From: Flavobacteriaceae bacterium
GTDB taxonomy: Bacteria; Bacteroidota; Bacteroidia; Flavobacteriales; Flavobacteriaceae
Direction of reading: 5' to 3'
Assembly: GCA_002716845.1 (NCBI GenBank)
Contig: PBCE01000001.1
Span: 10,592 to 74,591, forward strand
DNA: 64,000 bases
Numbering within the stretch: position 1 is the stretch's first letter; every line of letters begins with the position of its first letter. The position numbers were made by a program, and so were the translations under genes. Positions 28,428 to 37,506 of the stretch are shown one piece after another. Below the pieces are notes generated by a model. It did not search any database. It was not told where the DNA came from and worked only from the letters and a program-made list of their open reading frames with translations.

Positions 28428-30923
28428 TTAAAACTTTACCTTGATTCCAAACTGTAAACTCCTTCCTTCACTGGAGATACCAGAGGCAAACGTTCTGTAG
28501 TGCAGGTCAAAAATATTCTTGAGTCCTAAATTAAAAACTATGTCTTTTTTAAACTCATACTGTGACAAGAGTGACCATGTGCTCCAGGAGGGGATGCCAA
28601 AAAAACGATCCGCATCATTTAAGGCTTGTGGATTTATAAGTGGCGTTTCAATGAGCCCATCTTCTCCCCCCCAACTGTATTGATTGGGAGACTTGGCTTC
28701 ACTAAATCTCCATGTAAGAAGGGATCTGAGCTTTTTTCTTTTGTGCTTAAGGGTGAAGGTCCCAAACAATGGAGCAATTGAGGGCATGGGACCATAATCT
28801 GAGTTTTTATTAGCGGTGGTATAAGTTATTCCACCACTCAGATCAATTGGATTGCTGATCACCCACCGGCCTTCCAGTGTTCCACCATAGATGAATCGAT
28901 TGCCTAAATTTTTATTGGCTTGCGTGAATACTTCCTCACCATTGTACAAAATGGTATTTTCACTTAGCGTGCTTTGATCCGAGAAAACAATAAAGTCCGA
29001 TCGTACTATATGGCGAGAAACCAAAGTGGTAAAACTTCTCAACTCAATGAAGTTTTGATGGTCGGTGGAATTATATTTTAAGCCCACTTCAAAGCTGTAT
29101 GCATATTCAGGTTTTAAAAATGAATTGGGGACCAATAATACGCCATTGCTCTCCCGTATCTTTCCAATATCATCTATATTGGGGTTTCTAAACCCACTGG
29201 AAAACAAACTATTGAATTGCCAGTTTTCATTGGGACGATAGGTCATGGCCAAGGTATAGGTCAAAGCCCTTGAATCCAATTCAAGCTCAGTCAGTATTTT
29301 ATCTACCAATGCCGTTTCATTCCAACGGGCAATTATTTTTGAACGTGTCAGCCGTAATCCACCATTGAGTGTTAGGCGCTTATTGGCTTTGAAAATCCAA
29401 TTCAAATAACCCGCAAAGCTCACAGCGCTACTCCCGTGACTTGGGTATCGGGAGGGAATAAGCACTCGGTTATTAAAACCGATGATCTCACCAGCATTAA
29501 CAACTAAATCTTGAGAAAAACCATTGGAGTCGATTTGGTTAAGTGTCCATTCTAAACCGTAGGAAAAGGAATGCAACTCTGCCAGATTTCCATAAAAATC
29601 TGCGTTTACGCTAAATACATCCACCTTTTCAATCTGATGTGAACGGGTCAAACTTCCAAACTTTCGGTTGACTCTCGACTCCTCTAAATTTTGGTATGCA
29701 CCAGTGAGGGTTCCTTTTTTAAGCCAGTTTTTTCCCGAGAAAAATTTCAATTGCGGCGAAAAGAAAAACCTTTTTTGAGGGCCATAATACCATTCGCTAA
29801 AACGAAGTAAGTCACTGCGCTCCTCCACCAGTTTATCATATCGATCAATATCTGACGACTCCGAATACTGAAGATTTACATTGAAAACCATATCTCGTGG
29901 AAGACGAAATAGAAACTTTTGAAAAACATCAATCTGATCGTATGCGGTGTTTTTTTGGATATTTGGATCTGAATTTGGAGTGGGCGTCTCAGCATATTTA
30001 TCCCTGCTGTTAAGGGAATAAGTTGGGGTTAATCCCCAGTCTGGAAACCCGTGTTTCCTGTTTTTTCCAATTCTAATATCTCCATAATTAGAATAGCTTA
30101 TACTGGTCAAGCTCCCCCAATTTTTACGGCTGTAAGAAGTGCTCACATTGTTTACAAGAGCGCTGTTTGCATGGTTAAAGGTGGAGGAAAATTCTGATTG
30201 AACTGTTTTTTTTCTGCTTAGCTGTGGGGACTTTGTATAATAATGAATTATTCCACCCAATGCATCTGAGCCATACCCAACAGAGGAGGAACCAAAAGTG
30301 ACTTCCACCCTTTCAATATTGTGAGGGTCAATGGTAATAGCATTTTGAAGGTGTCCCGAACGGTAGATCGCATTGTTCATTCTTACGCCATCAACAACAA
30401 TTAACACGCGATTGGCCTCAAAACCTCTTAAATTTGGGCTTCCCCCACCGCCTTGAGATTTCTGAATCCTGATGTTGGGATTGATTTCTAAAATATCTGC
30501 CCCCGTAGTCATAGTGCCCACCTCAATTTGTTTTTCGGATATTACCCCAACTTGCTCTGCAATTTTATCACGGGTAGACTGGGATCTCGCTACCGAAAGA
30601 ATCACTTCTTCTAATGCTTCCTCTTCCGAGGTCATTTTGATTATATTTTTTCCTTGAAGAATTTCAAGGGTAGAAATTTCTTGGGGCTGGAAACCCAACA
30701 GATAAAAATTGATCTTTTCGTCTTTTGGAAAATTAGATAGGGAGGCCCTCCCCAAACTATCAGTCAGGATGTAATTCCTTCTGTTTTCTGAAAACACTGC
30801 AACGTTTTCGAGAGGATCGCCATTGCTCCCATCTTCCACAAATACTTCTTGACCCAGTAGATTACCCATCGTCAAAAGGAGAAATAATAATACAATAAAA
30901 GGGGGCTTATCGAAAAATTTCAT
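28428..30923 (-). CDS. TonB-dependent receptor
   Basis: 831 aa with a signal peptide, CarboxypepD_reg-like N-terminus and plug block (RIQKSQGGGGSPNLRGFEANRVLIVVDGVRMN). The barrel ends in KF. Confidence 0.9.
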   Translation of the reverse strand: MKFFDKPPFIVLLFLLLTMGNLLGQEVFVEDGSNGDPLENVAVFSENRRNYILTDSLGRASLSNFPKDEKINFYLLGFQPQEISTLEILQGKNIIKMTSEEEALEEVILSVARSQSTRDKIAEQVGVISEKQIEVGTMTTGADILEINPNIRIQKSQGGGGSPNLRGFEANRVLIVVDGVRMNNAIYRSGHLQNAITIDPHNIERVEVTFGSSSVGYGSDALGGIIHYYTKSPQLSRKKTVQSEFSSTFNHANSALVNNVSTSYSRKNWGSLTSISYSNYGDIRIGKNRKHGFPDWGLTPTYSLNSRDKYAETPTPNSDPNIQKNTAYDQIDVFQKFLFRLPRDMVFNVNLQYSESSDIDRYDKLVEERSDLLRFSEWYYGPQKRFFFSPQLKFFSGKNWLKKGTLTGAYQNLEESRVNRKFGSLTRSHQIEKVDVFSVNADFYGNLAELHSFSYGLEWTLNQIDSNGFSQDLVVNAGEIIGFNNRVLIPSRYPSHGSSAVSFAGYLNWIFKANKRLTLNGGLRLTRSKIIARWNETALVDKILTELELDSRALTYTLAMTYRPNENWQFNSLFSSGFRNPNIDDIGKIRESNGVLLVPNSFLKPEYAYSFEVGLKYNSTDHQNFIELRSFTTLVSRHIVRSDFIVFSDQSTLSENTILYNGEEVFTQANKNLGNRFIYGGTLEGRWVISNPIDLSGGITYTTANKNSDYGPMPSIAPLFGTFTLKHKRKKLRSLLTWRFSEAKSPNQYSWGGEDGLIETPLINPQALNDADRFFGIPSWSTWSLLSQYEFKKDIVFNLGLKNIFDLHYRTFASGISSEGRSLQFGIKVKF

Positions 30924-31635
30924 GAAGTATATCGATCGATTTTATTTTACCAAAATTTTCGAGATGTAAATTATAATAATCTAGCAAAACAACTAATAAT
31001 TTTGTCCTAATTGTGTTCGGTACGTTGATTTGATTCAATTGGTCAAACTTTATGCCAAGTAACTCTTTAAAAGCAACTACGGCTGGACCGCTGACCAGGA
31101 ACTTCGAAGGAGTATTGCTGCAAAAGCACCCAGTTTCCATATCGAAATAGTCCTCATTAATTGATGATTTATTGGGGTAAAACCCCAAATGATTACTGAG
31201 TTCAGTCATGAATTTTAAGTGAAAAATCGAAGAAAAAGATTGGGTTTCCAAATAGATGATTTTCTCTTCAATAAATTGGTAGAGTTGAGGGTTGGGGGCT
31301 CCTTCCTCAGAGATCACACGCGATAAAACCTCCCCTAAGAATTGTCCTACAGTATTTTTTTTTATGTCCGTTGGAATCTCATTTAAAGAATAATGTAAAT
31401 GAGCTTCCCGGATAAAGAGAAGTCCTTCGCTGTTCTCGTTTTTCATAAGAGTAATCAAGCGGATGAGGCTCAAGGGTTGAAACAGTGACTTACTTAACCT
31501 CCCTTTTTTTGAATTCAGAATCCCCTTTAGCAAAAAAGATTTTAACCCAATTTCTTTGCAATAACACCGAGCGATGAGATCCGCATCTCCGAATTTGAGT
31601 GTATTGAGAACAATAGCTTGAGTTTCAATTATCAT
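30907..31635 (-). CDS. recO: DNA repair protein RecO
   Basis: MIIETQAIVLNTLKFGDADLI is an OB-fold N-terminus. ATG 31635 is preferred; the track's 31683 start would overlap gdhA. Confidence 0.85.
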   Translation of the reverse strand: MIIETQAIVLNTLKFGDADLIARCYCKEIGLKSFLLKGILNSKKGRLSKSLFQPLSLIRLITLMKNENSEGLLFIREAHLHYSLNEIPTDIKKNTVGQFLGEVLSRVISEEGAPNPQLYQFIEEKIIYLETQSFSSIFHLKFMTELSNHLGFYPNKSSINEDYFDMETGCFCSNTPSKFLVSGPAVVAFKELLGIKFDQLNQINVPNTIRTKLLVVLLDYYNLHLENFGKIKSIDILHEIFR

Positions 31636-31648
31636 GATCAAGTAGCAC

Positions 31649-32989
31649 TTAAACGACCCCTTGTGCAAGCATGGCATCGGCAACCTTTACAAAGCCAGCT
31701 ATATTTGCTCCTTTTACATAATTCACATATTGTTTTTCTTCACCAAAATCCAAACAAGATTGGTGGATATCCGTCATAATGGTTTTTAACTTGGCGTCTA
31801 CTTCTTCACGGGTCCAATTATACCGCAACGAGTTTTGAGCCATCTCCAAGCCAGAAACGGCAACACCGCCCGCGTTAGAGGCTTTTCCTGGAGCAAATAA
31901 AATTTTATGTTCAGAGAAAAGATGAATGGCCTCTGGTGTCGAAGGCATATTGGCTCCTTCCCCAACGCATATACAGCCATTTTTAATCAATAAATCTGCA
32001 TCTTTCTTGTTCAATTCATTTTGGGTTGCACATGGTAAAGCTACGTCGCAAGAAATTCCCCAAGGGGTTTTGTTCGCAATGAATTCGGCTTTGGGATATT
32101 TGTCGAGATATGCACTGATACGTGACCGTTTGATATTTTTTAATTCCATTACATGGGCTAATTTTTCTTCATTAATTCCCTCAGCATCATAAACATATCC
32201 AGAAGAATCAGACAATGTCAATACCTTAGCCCTTAATTGAATAGCTTTTTCAGCAGCATATTGCGCCACATTTCCACTGCCAGAAATCACAACCTTTTTT
32301 CCTTTTAAGCCCGCTCCGTGATGTTCTAACATTCTGTCGACAAAATAAACGACACCATATCCTGTTGCTTCCGGGCGGATGAGTGACCCTCCCCAGGATA
32401 TCCCCTTCCCTGTGAGCACCCCAGTGAACTCATTTTTTAAGCGTTTGTACTGCCCAAAGAGGTATCCTATTTCTCTACTACCGACTCCAATGTCTCCTGC
32501 GGGGATGTCCCTATTGGGACCAATATGGCGAAAAAGCTCGGTCATAAAACTTTGGCAAAAACGCATTACTTCTGTATCTGATCTCCCTTTGGGGTTAAAA
32601 TCCGACCCTCCTTTTCCCCCACCCATAGGAAGTGTAGTTAAGCTATTTTTAAAGATCTGCTCAAAAGCCAAAAACTTTAACACACTGAGATTTACACTAG
32701 GGTGAAAACGTAATCCCCCTTTATAAGGTCCGATGGCGGAATTCATTTCAATTCTGTAACCACGATTTACCTGAATTTCTTCCTTGTCATCAATCCAGGC
32801 AACCCTAAAAGAAACAACACGTTCTGGTTCAACCATACGGAGCAGAATATTTTGGCCATAGTACACATCATTTTTTACAATGTATGGAATCACTGTTTCA
32901 GCAACTTCGGTAACCGCTTGCATGAACTCAGGTTCGTTTTGATTCCTTCTTTTTACTTCCGATAAAAAACTGTTGATTACTTTATCCAT
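31649..32989 (-). CDS. gdhA: NADP-specific glutamate dehydrogenase
   Basis: KGGLRFHPSVNLSVLKFLAFEQIFKNSLTTLPMGGGKGGSDF catalytic block; 446 aa. Confidence 0.96.
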   Translation of the reverse strand: MDKVINSFLSEVKRRNQNEPEFMQAVTEVAETVIPYIVKNDVYYGQNILLRMVEPERVVSFRVAWIDDKEEIQVNRGYRIEMNSAIGPYKGGLRFHPSVNLSVLKFLAFEQIFKNSLTTLPMGGGKGGSDFNPKGRSDTEVMRFCQSFMTELFRHIGPNRDIPAGDIGVGSREIGYLFGQYKRLKNEFTGVLTGKGISWGGSLIRPEATGYGVVYFVDRMLEHHGAGLKGKKVVISGSGNVAQYAAEKAIQLRAKVLTLSDSSGYVYDAEGINEEKLAHVMELKNIKRSRISAYLDKYPKAEFIANKTPWGISCDVALPCATQNELNKKDADLLIKNGCICVGEGANMPSTPEAIHLFSEHKILFAPGKASNAGGVAVSGLEMAQNSLRYNWTREEVDAKLKTIMTDIHQSCLDFGEEKQYVNYVKGANIAGFVKVADAMLAQGVV

Positions 32990-33044
32990 CTTCGATAATT
33001 ATTCAAATAAAATTACATTTTTATGATGTAAAAGAGTTTATGAT

Positions 33045-34403
33045 TTACCCAAAAAGTGTGGAGACCAAAGTCTCTATTTTAGAAACAGTCAACACATTAA
33101 TAGACCCATTTGGCCTCCCAATTTTTGCAAATTTGGAAATGACTATGGTATTAAAACCCAACTTGGCCGCCTCTTGAACGCGTTGCTCTGTTTTTGGAAC
33201 AGGTCGAATTTCTCCGGATAGTCCCACCTCTGCCGCAAAGCAGAAATTATCTGGAACATCTGTATCGTGATAGCTGGAGAGTATGGCAACAGTCACTGCC
33301 AGATCAATTGCAGGATCAGCTATTGTAATACCGCCGGTAATATTTAAGAAAACATCTTTTGTACCCAGAGCAAAACCGGCTCTTTTTTCTAAAACAGCCA
33401 AAAGGATATTCAGTCTTTTGGAGTTATATCCTGTAGTGGTTCTTTGAGGTGTAGCGTAAACTGCTGTGCTCACAAGCGCCTGAATTTCAATCATCAAAGG
33501 ACGTATTCCCTCAATAGTTACTGCAATGGCATGACCACTTAATTTTTCATCTTTTTCCGATATCAACAATTCACTGGGATTCGAAACAGCCCTGAGCCCC
33601 TGTAATTGCATTTCATAGATTCCTATCTCAGAAGTGGCACCAAAGCGATTTTTCTGTGTCCTTAATATCCTGTAAATATGGTTCCTATCACCCTCGAAGT
33701 GCAACACGACATCCACCATATGCTCTAATATTTTTGGACCTGCTATTTGACCATCTTTGGTAATATGACCTACCAAAAAAACAGGAACATGGGTTTCCTT
33801 TGCAAATCGTATAAATTCTGCCGTACATTCTTTGATTTGGGAAATGCTTCCTGGTCCGCTGTCAATGTAATCGGTGTGGAGGGTCTGAACCGAATCAATA
33901 ATAACCAATTTGGGCTCTAAGGCTTCGATTTGAGAAAAGATATACTGTGTTTTGGTCTCACTGAGAATATAACAGTTTTCAGAGGAGGTGTTCATGCGAT
34001 CCGCACGAATTTTGATCTGTTGCTGACTTTCTTCCCCAGACACATAGAGGACTTTTTGGCCTATTTTCATTGCGATTTGAAGCAGTAAAGTAGATTTTCC
34101 AATACCAGGCTCTCCCCCCAAAAGCATCAGTGCTCCTGGGATAATCCCTCCTCCCAAGACCCGGTTCAGCTCAGCATCATGGGTGTCAATTCTAGATTCA
34201 GAAGAAACTTCAATTTCTTGGACTTTGATGGGTTTGGAAACAACCCTGGATTTGTTTTCGCTTTTCCAGCTTTTATTACCCCCCTTTTCAATTACCTCCT
34301 CGGTCAAGGTGTTCCATTTTTTACAAGAGTTGCATTGCCCTTGCCATTTGGCGTGTTGGGTGCCACAATTTTGACAATAAAAAGCTGTTTTTACTTTGCT
34401 CAT
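33045..34403 (-). CDS. radA: DNA repair protein RadA
   Basis: N-terminal zinc finger CQNCGTQHAKWQGQCNSCKKWNT, Walker A GEPGIGKSTLLLQ and a Lon-like C-terminus. Confidence 0.96.
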   Translation of the reverse strand: MSKVKTAFYCQNCGTQHAKWQGQCNSCKKWNTLTEEVIEKGGNKSWKSENKSRVVSKPIKVQEIEVSSESRIDTHDAELNRVLGGGIIPGALMLLGGEPGIGKSTLLLQIAMKIGQKVLYVSGEESQQQIKIRADRMNTSSENCYILSETKTQYIFSQIEALEPKLVIIDSVQTLHTDYIDSGPGSISQIKECTAEFIRFAKETHVPVFLVGHITKDGQIAGPKILEHMVDVVLHFEGDRNHIYRILRTQKNRFGATSEIGIYEMQLQGLRAVSNPSELLISEKDEKLSGHAIAVTIEGIRPLMIEIQALVSTAVYATPQRTTTGYNSKRLNILLAVLEKRAGFALGTKDVFLNITGGITIADPAIDLAVTVAILSSYHDTDVPDNFCFAAEVGLSGEIRPVPKTEQRVQEAAKLGFNTIVISKFAKIGRPNGSINVLTVSKIETLVSTLFG

Positions 34404-34421
34404 AATGGGAATAAATGGATT

Positions 34422-35387
34422 TTACTTTTGGCGGTTAACCAAAGGTAACGCAAAAAATGCCATGGCGCCAAACGAGACTACCATAAGCGTTTGGCAGGTC
34501 CACATGATCCATCCAAAGGCCAAACTTGATTCTTTGGAAATTCCAAAAGCAATCAAAACAAGTGAAACCGAATAGGGATAAATCCCAATACCCCCGTTGG
34601 TTGCTGAAATCGAAAGTCCCCCAACGACAAAAGCAGGAATCAATGCGTTCATGCCTAAACTTACAGTTTCTGGGATGGAAAATTTTATGACCCAAAACAT
34701 CAATACATACATCAGCCAGATAAAAAAAGTATGAGCGATGAACTGCAACTTGTTTTTCATGTAATAAATGGAAATCATCCCTTCCCAAAGGTCATTGATA
34801 AAGTTTTTAATTTTTTTAATAATGGGGTGACTCGATCGGCTTAGGAATTTTCGAAAGCCAATGAAAGTCAAAGTAGAGAGTAACATTACTGCAATAAGTT
34901 GTAAAAAATTCAAACTTTCAATTTGAAGCGCGTCAACAATCAAATCGTATTGAAGAATCAGGGCTAAAAAAACTAAGCCAATTAAAATGATGAGGTCCAC
35001 CATACGTTCTGCAATTACTGTTCCAAAGCCCTTCTGAAAAGGAATGTTTTCGTAGCGATCCAAAACGCTTGCTCTGAGCAATTCACCAGAGCGGGGAATC
35101 CCAAGGTTAGAAATATATCCAACGAGTACCGCAAAAATAGCGTTTATGGTTTTCGGGCGGTAGCCAAGTGGCGCTAATAAATATTGCCAACGAATGGCCC
35201 TGGAAATATGGCTTAGAATTCCGAAAAAAGTTGACGCAATTACAAATCTATAATCAGCATTTTTGATGTACTTATAAATACTGTCTCGATCTTCAGGAGT
35301 TGTGTTTTGATAGCTGAGATAAATGAAAAAAAACCCAATAGCCAGAGGGATTAATATTTTTGAAAGTGATAGAACTTTCTTCAACAC
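34422..35387 (-). CDS. Flippase-like / lysylphosphatidylglycerol-synthase TM-region family membrane protein
   Basis: 321 aa with ~8 TM segments and the GIPRSGELLRA block typical of the UPF0104/LPG_synthase_TM family. Confidence 0.7.
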   Translation of the reverse strand: MLKKVLSLSKILIPLAIGFFFIYLSYQNTTPEDRDSIYKYIKNADYRFVIASTFFGILSHISRAIRWQYLLAPLGYRPKTINAIFAVLVGYISNLGIPRSGELLRASVLDRYENIPFQKGFGTVIAERMVDLIILIGLVFLALILQYDLIVDALQIESLNFLQLIAVMLLSTLTFIGFRKFLSRSSHPIIKKIKNFINDLWEGMISIYYMKNKLQFIAHTFFIWLMYVLMFWVIKFSIPETVSLGMNALIPAFVVGGLSISATNGGIGIYPYSVSLVLIAFGISKESSLAFGWIMWTCQTLMVVSFGAMAFFALPLVNRQK

Positions 35388-35388
35388 T

Positions 35389-35739
35389 TTAAGTTAAACG
35401 GTTGGTGTCTTCGTCTGGGAAAATTACTGTAGGTTTAAAGTTTTTCGCTTTTTCGAATTCCATTTGAGCGTATCCAATAATGATAACGATATCTCCTCTT
35501 TGAACTTTTCTGGCGGCAGGGCCATTAAGGGTGACTTCGCCACTTCCCCTCCTGCCCTCCATAATATAAGTTTCGAGTCGCTCACCATTGTTGATGTTAA
35601 CGACCTGTACCTTTTCACCAATCAAAAAATTTGCAGCATCGATTAAATCGCGATCAATCGTGATGCTCCCTATGTAGCTCAGGTCGGCGTCAGTTACTTT
35701 AACGCGATGGATTTTTGATTTTATTACTTCTATAAGCAC
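35389..35739 (-). CDS. panD: Aspartate 1-decarboxylase
   Basis: [29 protein letters not shown], including the Gly-Ser self-processing site. Confidence 0.95.
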   Translation of the reverse strand: MLIEVIKSKIHRVKVTDADLSYIGSITIDRDLIDAANFLIGEKVQVVNINNGERLETYIMEGRRGSGEVTLNGPAARKVQRGDIVIIIGYAQMEFEKAKNFKPTVIFPDEDTNRLT

Positions 35740-35756
35740 GGCACAAATTTAATGAT

Positions 35757-36596
35757 TTAAGACATATCCAAATTATCAATCAGCCTTATTTTTCCTAAAT
35801 AAACAGCGATAAAGGCCCTTCCAGTATCTGGGCTTTGTTTAAAATCGATCTCCTGAAGTGTTTTGGGATCACATATCACAAAATAATCCAACTTTAAAGA
35901 ATCGTTTTTTTTGAAAAAATCATGGACGAGTTCACGTAGTGCTCGGTAGTTTAAAAAGGCAGATTGGGCCTTAAGCAGTCGTAACAACTGAAAAATCATG
36001 GGGGCTTTTTTTCGATCTTCCGCTCTCAACAATTGGTTACGGGAACTCATTGCAAGCCCATCGGGTTCTCTAATTATAGGACAGCCGATAATTTTTGTGT
36101 TTAGGGCCAGGGCTTTTGACAACTGTTCGATAACCCGCAATTGCTGAAAATCTTTTTCACCAAAATAAGCCCGATTGGGTTGGAAAAACTCTAAAAAACT
36201 GGAAACAACAGTGGCCACACCATGAAAGTGATTTTTTCTTTTTTTCCCTTCCATAGTTTCATCCAGTCCCCCAAGATCAAATGATCTAGCTGTAATATTA
36301 TTCCCATACACATCTTCCACTGCAGGGGTATAAACAAAAATATTCTCCCTGAATTGTTCTATTTTTTTTATATCAGCATCTAAGTCTTGGGGATAGCGCT
36401 CCAAATCGGTTTTGTCATTAAACTGTGTGGGGTTGATAAAAATGGTGACCAAAACAGTGTTGTTTTCCTTTAGCGCTCTTTCTATGAGGGTCATATGGCC
36501 TTGATGTAAAGCCCCCATTGTGGGGACCATTCCTAGTGGACGTATTGGGTCAGAAAATTCATCAACCCAGGATTGGGATGAATTGAAAACCTTCAT
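35757..36596 (-). CDS. panC: Pantoate--beta-alanine ligase
   Basis: VPTMGALHQGH block and the MSSRN block. Confidence 0.94.
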   Translation of the reverse strand: MKVFNSSQSWVDEFSDPIRPLGMVPTMGALHQGHMTLIERALKENNTVLVTIFINPTQFNDKTDLERYPQDLDADIKKIEQFRENIFVYTPAVEDVYGNNITARSFDLGGLDETMEGKKRKNHFHGVATVVSSFLEFFQPNRAYFGEKDFQQLRVIEQLSKALALNTKIIGCPIIREPDGLAMSSRNQLLRAEDRKKAPMIFQLLRLLKAQSAFLNYRALRELVHDFFKKNDSLKLDYFVICDPKTLQEIDFKQSPDTGRAFIAVYLGKIRLIDNLDMS

Positions 36597-36696
36597 TGGC
36601 TTAAAATTAACAGGCTTAAAGATACAGAATTCGGCATATTCCGTTAAATTTTTGTAATTTCACAGCACTTTAGCCATCTCGAATAATAGAGAATTA

Positions 36697-37503
36697 ATGA
36701 AAGATAAAAAGGTTCTAAATATCTCGTCCGAGGTGGTTCCCTACCTGCCCCAGACCAATCAAGCTATAAGTTCGTTTCAAATTCCAAAGAACATTAATGA
36801 TCATGGAGGTCAAACTAGAATCTTTATGCCGCGCTATGGTCTTATCAATGAGAGAAGACATCAGCTACACGAGGTCATCCGACTTTCAGGGATGAATTTA
36901 GTGATCAATGATGTAGACATGCCCCTAATTATTAAGGTCGCCTCTATCCCAAAAGAGCGGATGCAAGTCTATTTCATTGACAATGAAGAGTATTTTAAAA
37001 GACGTGCCATCCTTCGCGATGAGAAGGACAGCCTGTTTCCAGACAATGATGAAAGAATGATTTTTTTCACCAAAGGAGTTATAGAAACTGTAAAAAAATT
37101 AAACTGGGCCCCAGATATAATCCATCTGCACGGCTGGTTTACCGCTCTTTTCCCGCTCTATATAAATACTTATTACAAGGACGATCCTGTTTTTTCTAAC
37201 AGTAAAATAATTACATCAGTCTATAAAAAAGACTTTGAAGGGGTCCTTTCTGACGATTTTTACAATAAGGTTGATTTTGATGAAATTCCTCCAGACCACA
37301 TTAAAAACTTAAAAAAACCTGATTTTGAAAATTTAGTTCAGCTCAGTTTAAACTTTTCTGACGGATTTGTAATGGCAGATTCAGAAACCCCCAAATCCAT
37401 TGAAACGTACTCCCATAAAAAAGAAATACCAGGCCTCACTTATGAAGCCTCCCAGGATAAAGATGCTTTCGTAAATTTCTATTCTAATCATATTTTAAAA
37501 TAG
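36697..37503 (+). CDS. Glycogen-synthase-like N-terminal half protein (probably non-catalytic)
   Basis: 268 aa resembling the Glyco_transf_5 (GlgA N-terminal) fold (ISSEVVPY..., RIFMPRYG, IIHLHGW). The KTGGL donor-binding motif is replaced by LPQTNQAIS, and the C-terminal GT-B half is absent. Confidence 0.7.
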   Translation: MKDKKVLNISSEVVPYLPQTNQAISSFQIPKNINDHGGQTRIFMPRYGLINERRHQLHEVIRLSGMNLVINDVDMPLIIKVASIPKERMQVYFIDNEEYFKRRAILRDEKDSLFPDNDERMIFFTKGVIETVKKLNWAPDIIHLHGWFTALFPLYINTYYKDDPVFSNSKIITSVYKKDFEGVLSDDFYNKVDFDEIPPDHIKNLKKPDFENLVQLSLNFSDGFVMADSETPKSIETYSHKKEIPGLTYEASQDKDAFVNFYSNHILK

Positions 37504-37506
37504 TAA

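Noticed and set aside
31636-31683. Apparent 35-nt overlap of recO with gdhA; similar long N-terminal extensions in the track for pdxA, recJ, tdk, SET and the 59682 ORF
   Set aside because: These are artefacts of taking the longest ORF, often from a TTG codon. Internal ATG codons give N-termini that match the conserved family starts and remove the overlaps.
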